From NCBI GenBank assembly GCA_017456045.1, contig JAFTKE010000147.1, positions 1 through 37,581 of the forward strand: a stretch of 37,581 nucleotides of DNA, given 5' to 3'. Below the pieces are notes generated by a model. It had not been told where the DNA came from. It worked only from the letters and a program-made list of their open reading frames with translations, and did no database searches. Origin of the DNA: Oscillospiraceae bacterium. GTDB taxonomy: Bacteria > Bacillota > Clostridia > Oscillospirales > Oscillospiraceae. Shown here piece after piece: positions 17,478 through 26,305 of the stretch. Position numbers and translations under genes: made by a program. Positions within the stretch are counted from its first letter, which is position 1. Each line of letters begins with the position of its first letter.

Positions 17478-18059
17478 ATGGCATTGGTCCCTTATGTCGT
17501 CGAGCAGACCAATCGGGGAGAGCGCAGCTATGACATCTTTTCCCGACTGCTGAACGACCGCATCATTTTCCTGTCCGAAGAAGTCAACGACACGACTGCC
17601 TCTTTGATCGTAGCGCAGCTGCTGTATCTGGAGGCCCAGGATCCGGACAAGGATATCCAATTCTATATCAACAGCCCAGGTGGCAGCGTTACCGCAGGTA
17701 TGGCCATTTACGACACGATGCAGTACATCAAGTGTGATGTGGCTACCATTTGCGTCGGCCTTGCCGCTTCTATGGGTGCGTTCCTGCTGTCCGCCGGCAC
17801 TAAGGGCAAGCGGATGGCCTTGCCCAATTCCGAGATCATGATCCATCAGCCCAGCGCTGGGACCCAGGGCCAGATCACGGATATGGCTATCCACATGAAG
17901 CGTTTGCAGACCATCAAGGAGCGCATGAACCGCATCCTTGCCGACAATACCGGCAAGAGCGTGGAGGAAGTCACTTCTGCCTGCGAGCGTGATAATTTCA
18001 TGACCGCCGAAGAGGCTTTGTCCTTTGGTCTGATCGACCGCGTGCTCGATCGTCATTGA
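17478..18059 (+). CDS. clpP: ATP-dependent Clp protease proteolytic subunit
   Basis: Motifs [19 protein letters not shown] (Ser), MIHQP (His) and ERD. ATG at 17478 follows AAAGGAG. Confidence 0.98.
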   Translation: MALVPYVVEQTNRGERSYDIFSRLLNDRIIFLSEEVNDTTASLIVAQLLYLEAQDPDKDIQFYINSPGGSVTAGMAIYDTMQYIKCDVATICVGLAASMGAFLLSAGTKGKRMALPNSEIMIHQPSAGTQGQITDMAIHMKRLQTIKERMNRILADNTGKSVEEVTSACERDNFMTAEEALSFGLIDRVLDRH

Positions 18060-18083
18060 TCCTGAAAGGTAGGTACCTGTTTC

Positions 18084-19343
18084 ATGGCAAATCACGAAGA
18101 GCAACAACCGATCCGCTGCTCCTTCTGCGGTAAGCGGGAGGGGCAGGTCCAGATGATCGCCGGCCCCGGCGTATATATCTGCGGCGAATGTGTTTTTGCG
18201 TGCAGCGAATTGCTGGAGGAGCAGGGCCGTATCCAGCCTCCTGAGCCCATGGGGTTGAATGAGCTTCCCACCCCCATGGAGATCAAAGCCTTCATGGACA
18301 ACTATATCGTTGGACAGGATGAGGCGAAGGTCGCACTGGCTGTCGCTGTGTACAATCACTACAAGAGGATCTATGTGGCAGACGATTCAGATGTGGAGCT
18401 TCAAAAAAGCAACATCCTTCTGATCGGCCCTACCGGTTCCGGTAAGACGTTGTTTGCCCAGACCCTTGCTAAGATCCTGAACGTTCCCTTCGCCATCGCA
18501 GATGCGACGACGTTGACGGAGGCCGGTTATGTTGGCGACGATGTGGAGAATATCCTGGTCCGTCTGCTGCAGGCTGCTGATTTCGATGTCGCTCTGGCGG
18601 AGCGGGGCATCATCTATATCGATGAGATGGATAAGATCGCCCGAAAAAGCGAGAATACCTCTATCACCCGTGACGTTTCCGGCGAGGGCGTCCAGCAGGC
18701 ACTGCTGAAGATCCTGGAGGGGACCGTCTCCAATGTACCGCCTCAGGGTGGCCGGAAGCATCCTCAGCAGGAGACGATCCCGATCGATACCTCCCGCATC
18801 CTCTTCATCTGCGGCGGTGCGTTCGATGGGCTGGATAAGATTATCGAGACCCGGACAGACCGTTCTGCCATTGGCTTCGATGCCCCTGTGGAGAGCAAGA
18901 AGCAGCGGGACGTAGGTAAGATCCTGGCGCAAGTCCAGCCCCACGATCTGCTTAAATTCGGCATCATCCCGGAACTGGTGGGCCGTCTCCCGGTGATCAC
19001 CTGTCTGGAGAGCCTGAACAAAGACGATCTGATCCGCATCCTGGTAGAGCCCAAGAACGCCTTGACCAAACAGTATGAAAAGCTGCTGGAGATGGATAGG
19101 GTGGAGCTTGAGATCCAGCCGGAGGCTCTGGAGGCAGTCGCGCAGAAGGCCATCGAGCGCCAGATCGGTGCCAGAGGTCTGCGTGCCGTGATGGAGAAGG
19201 CTATGACCAAGATCATGTTCCAGATCCCTTCCGATCTGACCATCCGCAAGGTGATCATCACACCGGAATGCATCAACGGAGGAGAGCCCATCATCGAGCG
19301 TACCCCTGACTCCCCCCGGATCAAGAAAGGATCCAAGAAATAA
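18084..19343 (+). CDS. clpX: Clp protease ATPase subunit ClpX
   Basis: Zinc finger [24 protein letters not shown] and IGF loop. Confidence 0.98.
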   Translation: MANHEEQQPIRCSFCGKREGQVQMIAGPGVYICGECVFACSELLEEQGRIQPPEPMGLNELPTPMEIKAFMDNYIVGQDEAKVALAVAVYNHYKRIYVADDSDVELQKSNILLIGPTGSGKTLFAQTLAKILNVPFAIADATTLTEAGYVGDDVENILVRLLQAADFDVALAERGIIYIDEMDKIARKSENTSITRDVSGEGVQQALLKILEGTVSNVPPQGGRKHPQQETIPIDTSRILFICGGAFDGLDKIIETRTDRSAIGFDAPVESKKQRDVGKILAQVQPHDLLKFGIIPELVGRLPVITCLESLNKDDLIRILVEPKNALTKQYEKLLEMDRVELEIQPEALEAVAQKAIERQIGARGLRAVMEKAMTKIMFQIPSDLTIRKVIITPECINGGEPIIERTPDSPRIKKGSKK

Positions 19344-19351
19344 GTTTTCCC

Positions 19352-19382
19352 AAAAGGGGGGTAGTTTTCTACCCCCTTTTTT
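19352..19382 (+). terminator. Rho-independent terminator between clpX and lon
   Basis: GGGGGTAG-TTTT-CTACCCCC followed by TTTTTT. Confidence 0.8.
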
Positions 19383-19407
19383 GCTCTATACGAAGGAAGG
19401 TGTTTCC

Positions 19408-21810
19408 ATGAGCGAACATATCTATTCCGGCAAACTACCGGTGATCGCACTTCGCGGTCTGGCGGTGTTCCCGGATCAAAGCGTCCATTTCGATGTTGGC
19501 CGCCCAAAATCTGCCAAAGCCTTGGAGCAGGCTATGAAAGAGACGCAATATATCTTTTTGGTCCCCCAGAAGGATATCCTCACAGATGATCCCGATCTGG
19601 AAGGGTTGTATCCCATCGGCACCGTTGCAAAAGTCAAACAGATCCTCAGACCCCAGAGCGAGACGGTTCGGGTGCTGGTGAAGGGCATTTGCAGGGGCCG
19701 TATCACGCAGCTGCATCAGGTCGATCCTTACCTGGAAGCTGACGTGCAGTCTGTTCCCGAGTCCGAGACGATCGATAGTCCCAGGAACCATGCTCTGTGC
19801 AGGGAAGCTACTGCTTTGTATGGGATGTATTTGGAATACGCAGAGTTTCCTGCCCAGACTGTGATGCTGAAAATGCTTGCATCCTCCACACCGGGATATT
19901 TGGCAGACTCCATCGCCCAGAATTCTGGTATCGAGTTCCAGGATAAAGCTAAGCTCCTGTGTAAACTGGATCCTATCAAGCGTCTGGAGTCTGCGATGCG
20001 TCTTCTTGGCCGGGAGCTGGAGATGCTGAAGCTGGGCTCTGATATCCAAGAGAAGACCCACGCCAAGATGGATAAGAACCAGCGGGAATACTATCTGCGG
20101 GAGCAGATGAAAGTGATCCGTGAAGAGCTGGGAGAAGAGGATGAATACGGAGAATTCGCTGAGTATGAGCGGAAGATCCTGTCCCTACATTTGGATGAAG
20201 AGTCTGAAAACAAGCTTCGTAAGGATCTGGAGCGTTTGAAAAAACAGCCCTTCGGTTCATCTGAGGCTGCCGTGCTGCGCAATTACCTGGACACTATCCT
20301 GGACCTTCCCTGGAACAAGAAGACCAAGGAGCGGATCAGTGTGGAAACCGCATCCAAAGTACTGGAAAAGGACCATTATAGTCTGGAGAAGGTCAAGGAG
20401 CGCATCCTGGAGACCATCGCCGTTCGGCAGATGGCACCGGATATGCCGCCGCAGATCATTTGTCTCGTGGGCCCTCCCGGCGTTGGCAAAACATCGATCG
20501 CTTATTCCATCGCCCGTGCGTTGAATAGAAAGATGGCACGGATTTCTTTGGGCGGTGTGCGTGATGAAGCGGATATCCGTGGACACCGCAAGACCTATGT
20601 TGGTGCCATGCCCGGACGGATCATGGCAGCTATGACCCAGGCTGGCAGCAGCAATCCACTCCTCCTGCTGGACGAGATCGATAAGATGGGTTCCGACCAT
20701 CGTGGCGACCCCAGCGCAGCTATGCTTGAAGTGCTGGACGCAGAGCAGAACAAGACCTATCGTGATCATTACATAGAGATCCCCTATGATCTTTCTGATG
20801 TCATGTTCATCACCACTGCCAATACGCTGGATACTGTGCCCCGTCCGCTGCTGGACCGGATGGAGATCATCGAACTGGGGTCGTATACAGACGAAGAAAA
20901 GCTGATGATCGCTAAAAACCATCTTATCCCCAAGCAGATCTGCAAGCATGGCCTGAAAAAGTCGCAATTACGTATCAGCGATGATGCGATCCGTGAGATC
21001 ATCTGCTGCTATACCCGGGAGTCCGGCGTCCGCTCTCTGGAGCGTTGCTTCGCGGATATCTGCCGAAAGGTGGACCGTAAGCTTCTGGAAAGTGAAGATC
21101 AGAAAAAGATCATCGTCAACGCTCGAGATGTGTCCCAGTTCCTGGGGGTACGCAAGTTCCTTCCCGATACGCTCCCGGCAGCAGATCCTATCGGGCTGGT
21201 CACAGGTCTGGCCTGGACCGCTGTAGGCGGTGAGACGCTGGAAGTCGAGGTCAACGTGATGGATGGCACCGGCAAACTGGAGCTGACAGGCAATCTTGGT
21301 GATGTGATGAAGGAATCTGCCCATGCAGCCATGAGCTATATCCGGGCCAACGCCCAGAAGCTGGGTTTGCCGGGAGATTTCTATAAGACCAAGGATATCC
21401 ATGTCCATTTTCCCGCAGGTGCTGTCCCGAAGGATGGCCCGTCCGCCGGCGTGACTGTCACAACGGCCATGGTATCTGCCTTGACTGATACGCCTGTACG
21501 TCGGGATATCGCCATGACCGGCGAAGTCTCGATCCGTGGTCGTGTCCTTCCTATCGGCGGTCTGAAAGAGAAGACCATGGCCGCACGCAGACATGGCATC
21601 ACCACAGTCATCATCCCCGAGGACAATCGGCGCGACTTGGAGGAGATCGACCAGACCGTCCGTGAAGCCCTGACCTTCATCACCGCATCCACCGTGGATA
21701 CTGTCCTGGAGGCTGCTCTGGTGAAGGAAGCGGCGATCATCCCAACCATCATGAACGATCTTCCCAACGACTTGAAGCCGATCCCCCGGGTCAACAGCAT
21801 CCACCAGTGA
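19408..21810 (+). CDS. lon: Lon protease
   Basis: LON N-domain, GPPGVGKT, KDGPSAG (Ser) and GGLKEK (Lys). Start at ATG 19408. Confidence 0.98.
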   Translation: MSEHIYSGKLPVIALRGLAVFPDQSVHFDVGRPKSAKALEQAMKETQYIFLVPQKDILTDDPDLEGLYPIGTVAKVKQILRPQSETVRVLVKGICRGRITQLHQVDPYLEADVQSVPESETIDSPRNHALCREATALYGMYLEYAEFPAQTVMLKMLASSTPGYLADSIAQNSGIEFQDKAKLLCKLDPIKRLESAMRLLGRELEMLKLGSDIQEKTHAKMDKNQREYYLREQMKVIREELGEEDEYGEFAEYERKILSLHLDEESENKLRKDLERLKKQPFGSSEAAVLRNYLDTILDLPWNKKTKERISVETASKVLEKDHYSLEKVKERILETIAVRQMAPDMPPQIICLVGPPGVGKTSIAYSIARALNRKMARISLGGVRDEADIRGHRKTYVGAMPGRIMAAMTQAGSSNPLLLLDEIDKMGSDHRGDPSAAMLEVLDAEQNKTYRDHYIEIPYDLSDVMFITTANTLDTVPRPLLDRMEIIELGSYTDEEKLMIAKNHLIPKQICKHGLKKSQLRISDDAIREIICCYTRESGVRSLERCFADICRKVDRKLLESEDQKKIIVNARDVSQFLGVRKFLPDTLPAADPIGLVTGLAWTAVGGETLEVEVNVMDGTGKLELTGNLGDVMKESAHAAMSYIRANAQKLGLPGDFYKTKDIHVHFPAGAVPKDGPSAGVTVTTAMVSALTDTPVRRDIAMTGEVSIRGRVLPIGGLKEKTMAARRHGITTVIIPEDNRRDLEEIDQTVREALTFITASTVDTVLEAALVKEAAIIPTIMNDLPNDLKPIPRVNSIHQ

Positions 21811-21820
21811 GGTGAACGAA

Positions 21821-22414
21821 ATGAATTTCCATAATGTCGAATTCCTGATCTCAGCAGCATCGCCGAAGGATCTCCCAAAGGAGCGTCTTCCAGAGATCGC
21901 CTTCGCAGGCAAGTCCAATGTTGGTAAATCCTCCGTGATCAACCGGATATTGAACCGTAAGAATTTCGCCCGCGTAGGGGAGAAGCCCGGTAAGACCATC
22001 CATGTCAATTACTTCACCATCGACAAGAAGTGCTACTTCGTCGATCTTCCCGGTTATGGCTATGCCCAGGTCTCCCAAAAGGAGAAGGAGCGTTGGGGCA
22101 AGCTGATGGAGGATTATTTCGCCGCGGATCGCATCGATCTTGGCGTGATGATCGTAGATCACCGTCATGCCCCCACCAATAACGATATCACCATGGCTCG
22201 TTGGTTCATCGACAGCGGCTGTCCCTTCGTGGTGGTGGCCAACAAGCTGGACAAGGTGAAAAAGAGCCAGGTCCAGTCCACTCTTGAGACCATCCGTCAG
22301 GATCTGGAGCTGCCCGAGGGCTGTCCGATCATCTCCTTCTCTGCAGAGAAGGGGAACGGTAAAGACGCGCTGGTACGGCTGATCGTGGATACCGTGAAGG
22401 AGAAAGGGCTATGA
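21821..22414 (+). CDS. engB: Ribosome biogenesis GTPase YsxC/EngB
   Basis: Motifs GKSNVGKSS, PGKT, DLPGYG and NKLDK. ATG at 21821 follows GAGGTG. Confidence 0.97.
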   Translation: MNFHNVEFLISAASPKDLPKERLPEIAFAGKSNVGKSSVINRILNRKNFARVGEKPGKTIHVNYFTIDKKCYFVDLPGYGYAQVSQKEKERWGKLMEDYFAADRIDLGVMIVDHRHAPTNNDITMARWFIDSGCPFVVVANKLDKVKKSQVQSTLETIRQDLELPEGCPIISFSAEKGNGKDALVRLIVDTVKEKGL

Positions 22415-22908
22415 TCCTTCAGGTCGATGATTGGAGGTTCGACATCGATCTGAAGGCGACTATGGCTTATTCGGCCGAAGAAGTCTCTGACCACTGTACC
22501 TGCGACTATTGTCTGAATTTCTATGCAACCATAGACCGAGCCTATCCAGATATTCGCCCCTTTTTAGCACGCTTTGCCGTGGATATCGAAGGGCCGGACG
22601 AGCTTATGACCTTCGACCATACGCGTTATCTCGGAGCGTATGCTGTTTCTGGACATATCCTCCAGTTTGGCTCAGCACCCATCCGAGTCAACGGTATCTC
22701 GATCCTGCCAGAGAACGCGGAGGACGCTATGGTAAACACTGGCTGTCTATCCCCGTTCTTTATCCTGACTGTCGGGATGCTGACGCTGCCGTGGGTGTTG
22801 GAGGTCGCCCCGGAGGACGTAGTCTCTCCTGCCAATACCCCATCCTTCCTACGGAAGATGTGGGATAAGATCATGAAATACCGCCCCATGGACGATCTCC
22901 TTTCCTGA
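22411..22908 (+). CDS. Hypothetical protein with a CxCxxC motif
   Basis: ATGA overlap with engB; motif HCTCDYCLNF; 165 aa. Confidence 0.75.
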   Translation: MILQVDDWRFDIDLKATMAYSAEEVSDHCTCDYCLNFYATIDRAYPDIRPFLARFAVDIEGPDELMTFDHTRYLGAYAVSGHILQFGSAPIRVNGISILPENAEDAMVNTGCLSPFFILTVGMLTLPWVLEVAPEDVVSPANTPSFLRKMWDKIMKYRPMDDLLS

Positions 22909-22942
22909 ATACACGACGGGCGCTTTTCAAAATGCGGTAAAC

Positions 22943-22988
22943 AGACACATCGGCTGGCCCCGAAAAGGGGGTGGCCGATATGTCTTTT
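22943..22988 (+). terminator. Terminator after lon-engB-hypothetical
   Basis: Extended hairpin AGACACATCGGC...CCCCGAAAAGGGG...GCCGATATGTCT followed by TTT. Confidence 0.7.
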
Positions 22989-23066
22989 GCGTAGTGGTCG
23001 CTGAAAATCTCAAGTACTTGTTTTAAATAATTGCGCTGCACTATATCTGTAAGTGAGGAGATTTAT

Positions 23067-23741
23067 ATGCATAATGAACCAAGTACTGTCAAAGATTCTT
23101 ATCAGGAGTTTTTGAGTAGTTTTGAGATCGATAAAGAGGCACTATATCAGTGGGGAATTACTGCAACGATTTTTCCTCCGGTCTCTGCTGTGGCAACTGC
23201 GTGGAATGATTTAAAAAGCAGAGTATTTACCAACCAGAGAGTCTACATTCGTGGATATGGTCGAGATGCTCATGGTACGCAATTGTATAAAGACCTCTAT
23301 ATGGCGCTATTAAATAATTCTCATATTGAAAAAGACCCTACAAACAATGCTATACCCCATAGACACATACAGCAGCTTACGGGACTTCGGCGTAATGCAG
23401 ATGTATATAACTATCAAGTCTCTCATATATGGGGGCATACAAAGAATGTGTTTATGTTCGAAGCTCCTTGGAATATTTGCTATACACCAAAGTTGATCGA
23501 TCCATTTACGGGACACGAAACCAAGGGTGTGTGGCCGGAAGAATATCAGCAGTTATTTATTGCATATGCGAGCGAGAAGTACAAGACGTTTATTGATGAG
23601 TATAATCAATTGATGCAGGAACACTGCTTTGCAGAAAAAATTGACAGGTATTTACAGTCAATTAAACATACGATTTCGGATAGGACGTTTGTACAATTTG
23701 AAAAGGATGTTTACAGCGAGCTATCACCAATAGACCGTTAA
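23067..23741 (+). CDS. AT-rich hypothetical protein with a possible HNH/His-Me nuclease motif
   Basis: ATG at 23067 follows GAGGAG; 224 aa; visibly lower GC than its neighbours; motif NYQVSHIWGHTKN..FEAPWNICYTP. Confidence 0.7.
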   Translation: MHNEPSTVKDSYQEFLSSFEIDKEALYQWGITATIFPPVSAVATAWNDLKSRVFTNQRVYIRGYGRDAHGTQLYKDLYMALLNNSHIEKDPTNNAIPHRHIQQLTGLRRNADVYNYQVSHIWGHTKNVFMFEAPWNICYTPKLIDPFTGHETKGVWPEEYQQLFIAYASEKYKTFIDEYNQLMQEHCFAEKIDRYLQSIKHTISDRTFVQFEKDVYSELSPIDR

Positions 23742-23751
23742 TATTTTGAAT

Positions 23752-23797
23752 AAAAAAAGCAACGTTACCTAATCGCTGGATAAGGTAACGTTGCTTT
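23752..23797. terminator. Bidirectional terminator between convergent genes
   Basis: 15-bp stem AAAGCAACGTTACCT/AGGTAACGTTGCTTT. The upstream A-tract gives a U-tract on the minus strand. Confidence 0.85.
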
Positions 23798-23836
23798 GCC
23801 ATAATTTATGAGAGTATAGCGTGTTTCGTATGTGGT

Positions 23837-24085
23837 TTATGTGCCCTTCGCTTCTTTCAAAGCCTGGGCCAGCTGGTCGGGGCAGGAAGTGGATTTCATG
23901 CCGCACTTGATGCCTTCGACACGGGCGATCACATCATCGATGTCCATGCCCTCCACCAGGGCGCCGATGCCCTTCAGGTTGCCGTTACAGCCGCCAAAGT
24001 ACTGGACATTGCGGACCTTGCCGTCCTCGATATCGAAGCTGATCATCTGGGAGCAGACTCCCTTGGTCTTATAAGTGTACTGCAT
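23837..24085 (-). CDS. TIGR03905-family small TSCPD-domain protein
   Basis: Four-Cys pattern GVCS, GGCNGN, GIKCG, TSCPDQLA. Confidence 0.92.
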   Translation of the reverse strand: MQYTYKTKGVCSQMISFDIEDGKVRNVQYFGGCNGNLKGIGALVEGMDIDDVIARVEGIKCGMKSTSCPDQLAQALKEAKGT

Positions 24086-24100
24086 ATGTCATATTCCTTT

Positions 24101-24574
24101 CTATTGGATGATATCCACGAGTGCAGCGTCCACGAGGCTTGCGAGCGCCTCTGGGGACAGTATCATTTGGTGACCACGTGCCCCGGCAGAGACCGCGATC
24201 TCATCCCAAAGGATGCAGGTCTCGTCCATGAACGTGGGGTATCTTTTTTTCATCCCAACAGGACTACAGCCACCACGGATATAGCCAGTCAAGCCCAGCA
24301 GCTCCTTGACAGCCACCAGTTCGACCTTCTTATCGCCGGAGGCCTTGGCCGCTTTCTTCAGATCCAGCTCGCAGCATACGGGGATGCAAAACACATTGAT
24401 ACCGGTCCGATCGCCTCGAGCTACCAGGGTCTTGAATACCTGCTCAGGCGCCATCCCGATCGCTCGGGCGGCATGGTTGCCATTCAGGTCGTTCTCGTCG
24501 AAATCGTAGAACGCTTCCCGACAGGGGATATTCGATCGTTGGACCAACCTTACCGCATTGGTCTTCTCAGCCAT
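24101..24574 (-). CDS. ybaK: Cys-tRNA(Pro) deacylase YbaK/EbsC
   Basis: Motifs KTNAVR, VFKTLV, GYIRGGCSPVG and VSAGARG. ATG at 24574 follows AAAGGTGA. Confidence 0.93.
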   Translation of the reverse strand: MAEKTNAVRLVQRSNIPCREAFYDFDENDLNGNHAARAIGMAPEQVFKTLVARGDRTGINVFCIPVCCELDLKKAAKASGDKKVELVAVKELLGLTGYIRGGCSPVGMKKRYPTFMDETCILWDEIAVSAGARGHQMILSPEALASLVDAALVDIIQ

Positions 24575-24679
24575 ATGATCACCTTTTCCATTATACATCA
24601 TCTGTCATCTGGATTCAAGTATGAATTACTTGGGCGGATATGGGAAAACCTATTAGAAATCACGATCGGAGGGATCTTC

Positions 24680-25384
24680 ATGGACGAAAAACGAGACGCA
24701 GAAATGAAAAAGGAAGAGCGGGAACAGGTGATCGAGCTGGGATCCGACATCACCAAAAGCACCCAGGGGAACATTTACACACTGACGATCATCGGCCAGG
24801 TAGAGGGTCACCAGGTGGCACCGGAGAACGTGAAGACCACCAAATACGAACACGTCCTTCCGCTTTTAGCTGGGATCGAGGAAAGCGAAGACATCGATGG
24901 CTTGCTGCTCCTGCTCAATACCGTTGGCGGAGATATCGAAGCAGGTCTGGCGATCGCGGAGATGATCGCGGGGATGAAGAAACCCACGGTATCTCTGGTC
25001 CTGGGCGGCGGACATTCCATCGGTATCCCGCTGGCCGTCTGTACGAAAAAAAGCTTCATCACGCCCACTGCGAGCATGACGGTGCATCCGGTGCGAATGA
25101 CGGGCATCGTGGTCGGTGCGCCACAGACATTCCGCTATTTTCAAAGGATCCAGGAGCAGATAGCGGATTTCGTCACAACGAACTCTAAGATCTCCCGCGA
25201 GGATTTCGAGCATTATATGATGGCGACAGGGGAGATGGCTACGGACGTAGGTACGATCCTGTATGGAAAGGAAGCCGTCTCGTCAGGTTTGATCGACAAA
25301 TTGGGCGGCTTGAGCGATGCGCTGTCGGCTTTGCACAAGATGATAGATAAAGAGAAGGAGCGCAAAAACAAGCCCAGCAGATAA
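24680..25384 (+). CDS. tepA: TepA (ClpP-like sporulation protein)
   Basis: Motifs GQVEGH, TTKYEH, LNTVGGDIEAGLAIAE, GGGHSIG and HPVR. ATG at 24680 follows GGAGG; conserved position upstream of ftsK/spoIIIE. Confidence 0.92.
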   Translation: MDEKRDAEMKKEEREQVIELGSDITKSTQGNIYTLTIIGQVEGHQVAPENVKTTKYEHVLPLLAGIEESEDIDGLLLLLNTVGGDIEAGLAIAEMIAGMKKPTVSLVLGGGHSIGIPLAVCTKKSFITPTASMTVHPVRMTGIVVGAPQTFRYFQRIQEQIADFVTTNSKISREDFEHYMMATGEMATDVGTILYGKEAVSSGLIDKLGGLSDALSALHKMIDKEKERKNKPSR

Positions 25385-25400
25385 TATTTTGAATATGGGG

Positions 25401-25429
25401 TGGAAATCCTGCCGGAAATATGATATCAT
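25401..25429 (+). promoter_or_regulatory. Possible sigmaA promoter for uppP-ftsK
   Basis: TGGAAA, 17-bp spacer, TATCAT, with extended TG. Confidence 0.45.
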
Positions 25430-25462
25430 GTAACAGAATATCGAAGAGGGGAGGGGACAGTC

Positions 25463-26293
25463 ATACAAGATAATATCCTATACAAGTTCTTTTATGTATT
25501 GCTATCCGGCTTTACAGAACTCCTTCCTGTATCATCCAGCCCCCACCAAATGTTGATGTCATCGATGACCGGCATCCCTATGACAGATGGTATGGTCTTT
25601 CTGGCCATCCATCTGGGGACGGTTTTGGCGATCTTCGTATCCTGCAGGTCTCGTATCAAGCGACTGAGGACGGACAGCCGTCACGAGAAGCTTTCTCGCC
25701 GCAGAAAACGTCAAGGGGAGCGAACAGTCTCTTTCGATGCACGTGTATTGAAAACGGCTGTATCCCCTCTGCTGCTGAGCTTATTCCTGTATCCCATCGC
25801 AAACAGATGGATCGATTCGCTCCCTCTGCTGATCCTGACCCTAGTGGTCAACGGCACGCTGCTGTTCCTCCCCAGCCTTGCGGCACAGGGGAACAAGGAT
25901 GGTCGCAGCATGAGCAGGCTGGATAGCGTCCTCATCGGTCTGGGCGGTTCTCTTGGAGCGATCCCAGGATGCTCCCGGATCGCGGGGATGATCAGCGTAG
26001 GATCGCTTAGAGGCGTCGACAGGGAGTATATGCTGGATGTGGCATTCATCCTGTCGATCCCTGTCCTTTTAGTGATATCGGTACTGGATATTTATTCAGT
26101 GTTCCTGGCTCAGATCGCGCTCTCGTTCCTGGACATCGTCCTTTATCTGCTGATGGCTGCGGTCTCTTTCTTTGGTGCTTATCTTTGCTGCTTAACACTT
26201 CGTTTCCTTGCGGCGAAGACCAACTTCGTCTCGTTTTGTTACTACAGCTGGGGGATGGCGCTGTTTACTTTCATCCTATACCTTATGATTTGA
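25463..26293 (+). CDS. uppP: Undecaprenyl-diphosphate phosphatase (BacA/UppP family), divergent
   Basis: Motifs GFTELLPVSSSPH, HLGT and PGCSR; multiple TM segments. Start uncertain: ATA at 25463 (after a strong RBS) or TTG at 25499. Confidence 0.82.
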   Translation: MQDNILYKFFYVLLSGFTELLPVSSSPHQMLMSSMTGIPMTDGMVFLAIHLGTVLAIFVSCRSRIKRLRTDSRHEKLSRRRKRQGERTVSFDARVLKTAVSPLLLSLFLYPIANRWIDSLPLLILTLVVNGTLLFLPSLAAQGNKDGRSMSRLDSVLIGLGGSLGAIPGCSRIAGMISVGSLRGVDREYMLDVAFILSIPVLLVISVLDIYSVFLAQIALSFLDIVLYLLMAAVSFFGAYLCCLTLRFLAAKTNFVSFCYYSWGMALFTFILYLMI

Positions 26294-26305
26294 TTGGAGG
26301 TCCAT

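Noticed and set aside
16010-19407. CIRCE or CtsR heat-shock operators at tig-clpP-clpX-lon
   Set aside because: No TTAGCACTC-N9-GAGTGCTAA or GTCAAA-type heptad direct repeat was seen in the intergenic regions.
24086-24679. N-terminal extension of tepA in the ORF track (428+ aa version), and similar extensions of tlyA, coaBC, the metallophosphoesterase and spoIIIAB
   Set aside because: The extensions overlap real genes or promoters; RBS-supported downstream starts give family-typical lengths.
24600-24679. Forespore sigmaF/sigmaG promoter for tepA
   Set aside because: GGGAAAACCTA resembles a sigmaF -10, but no convincing -35 lies at the correct spacing.
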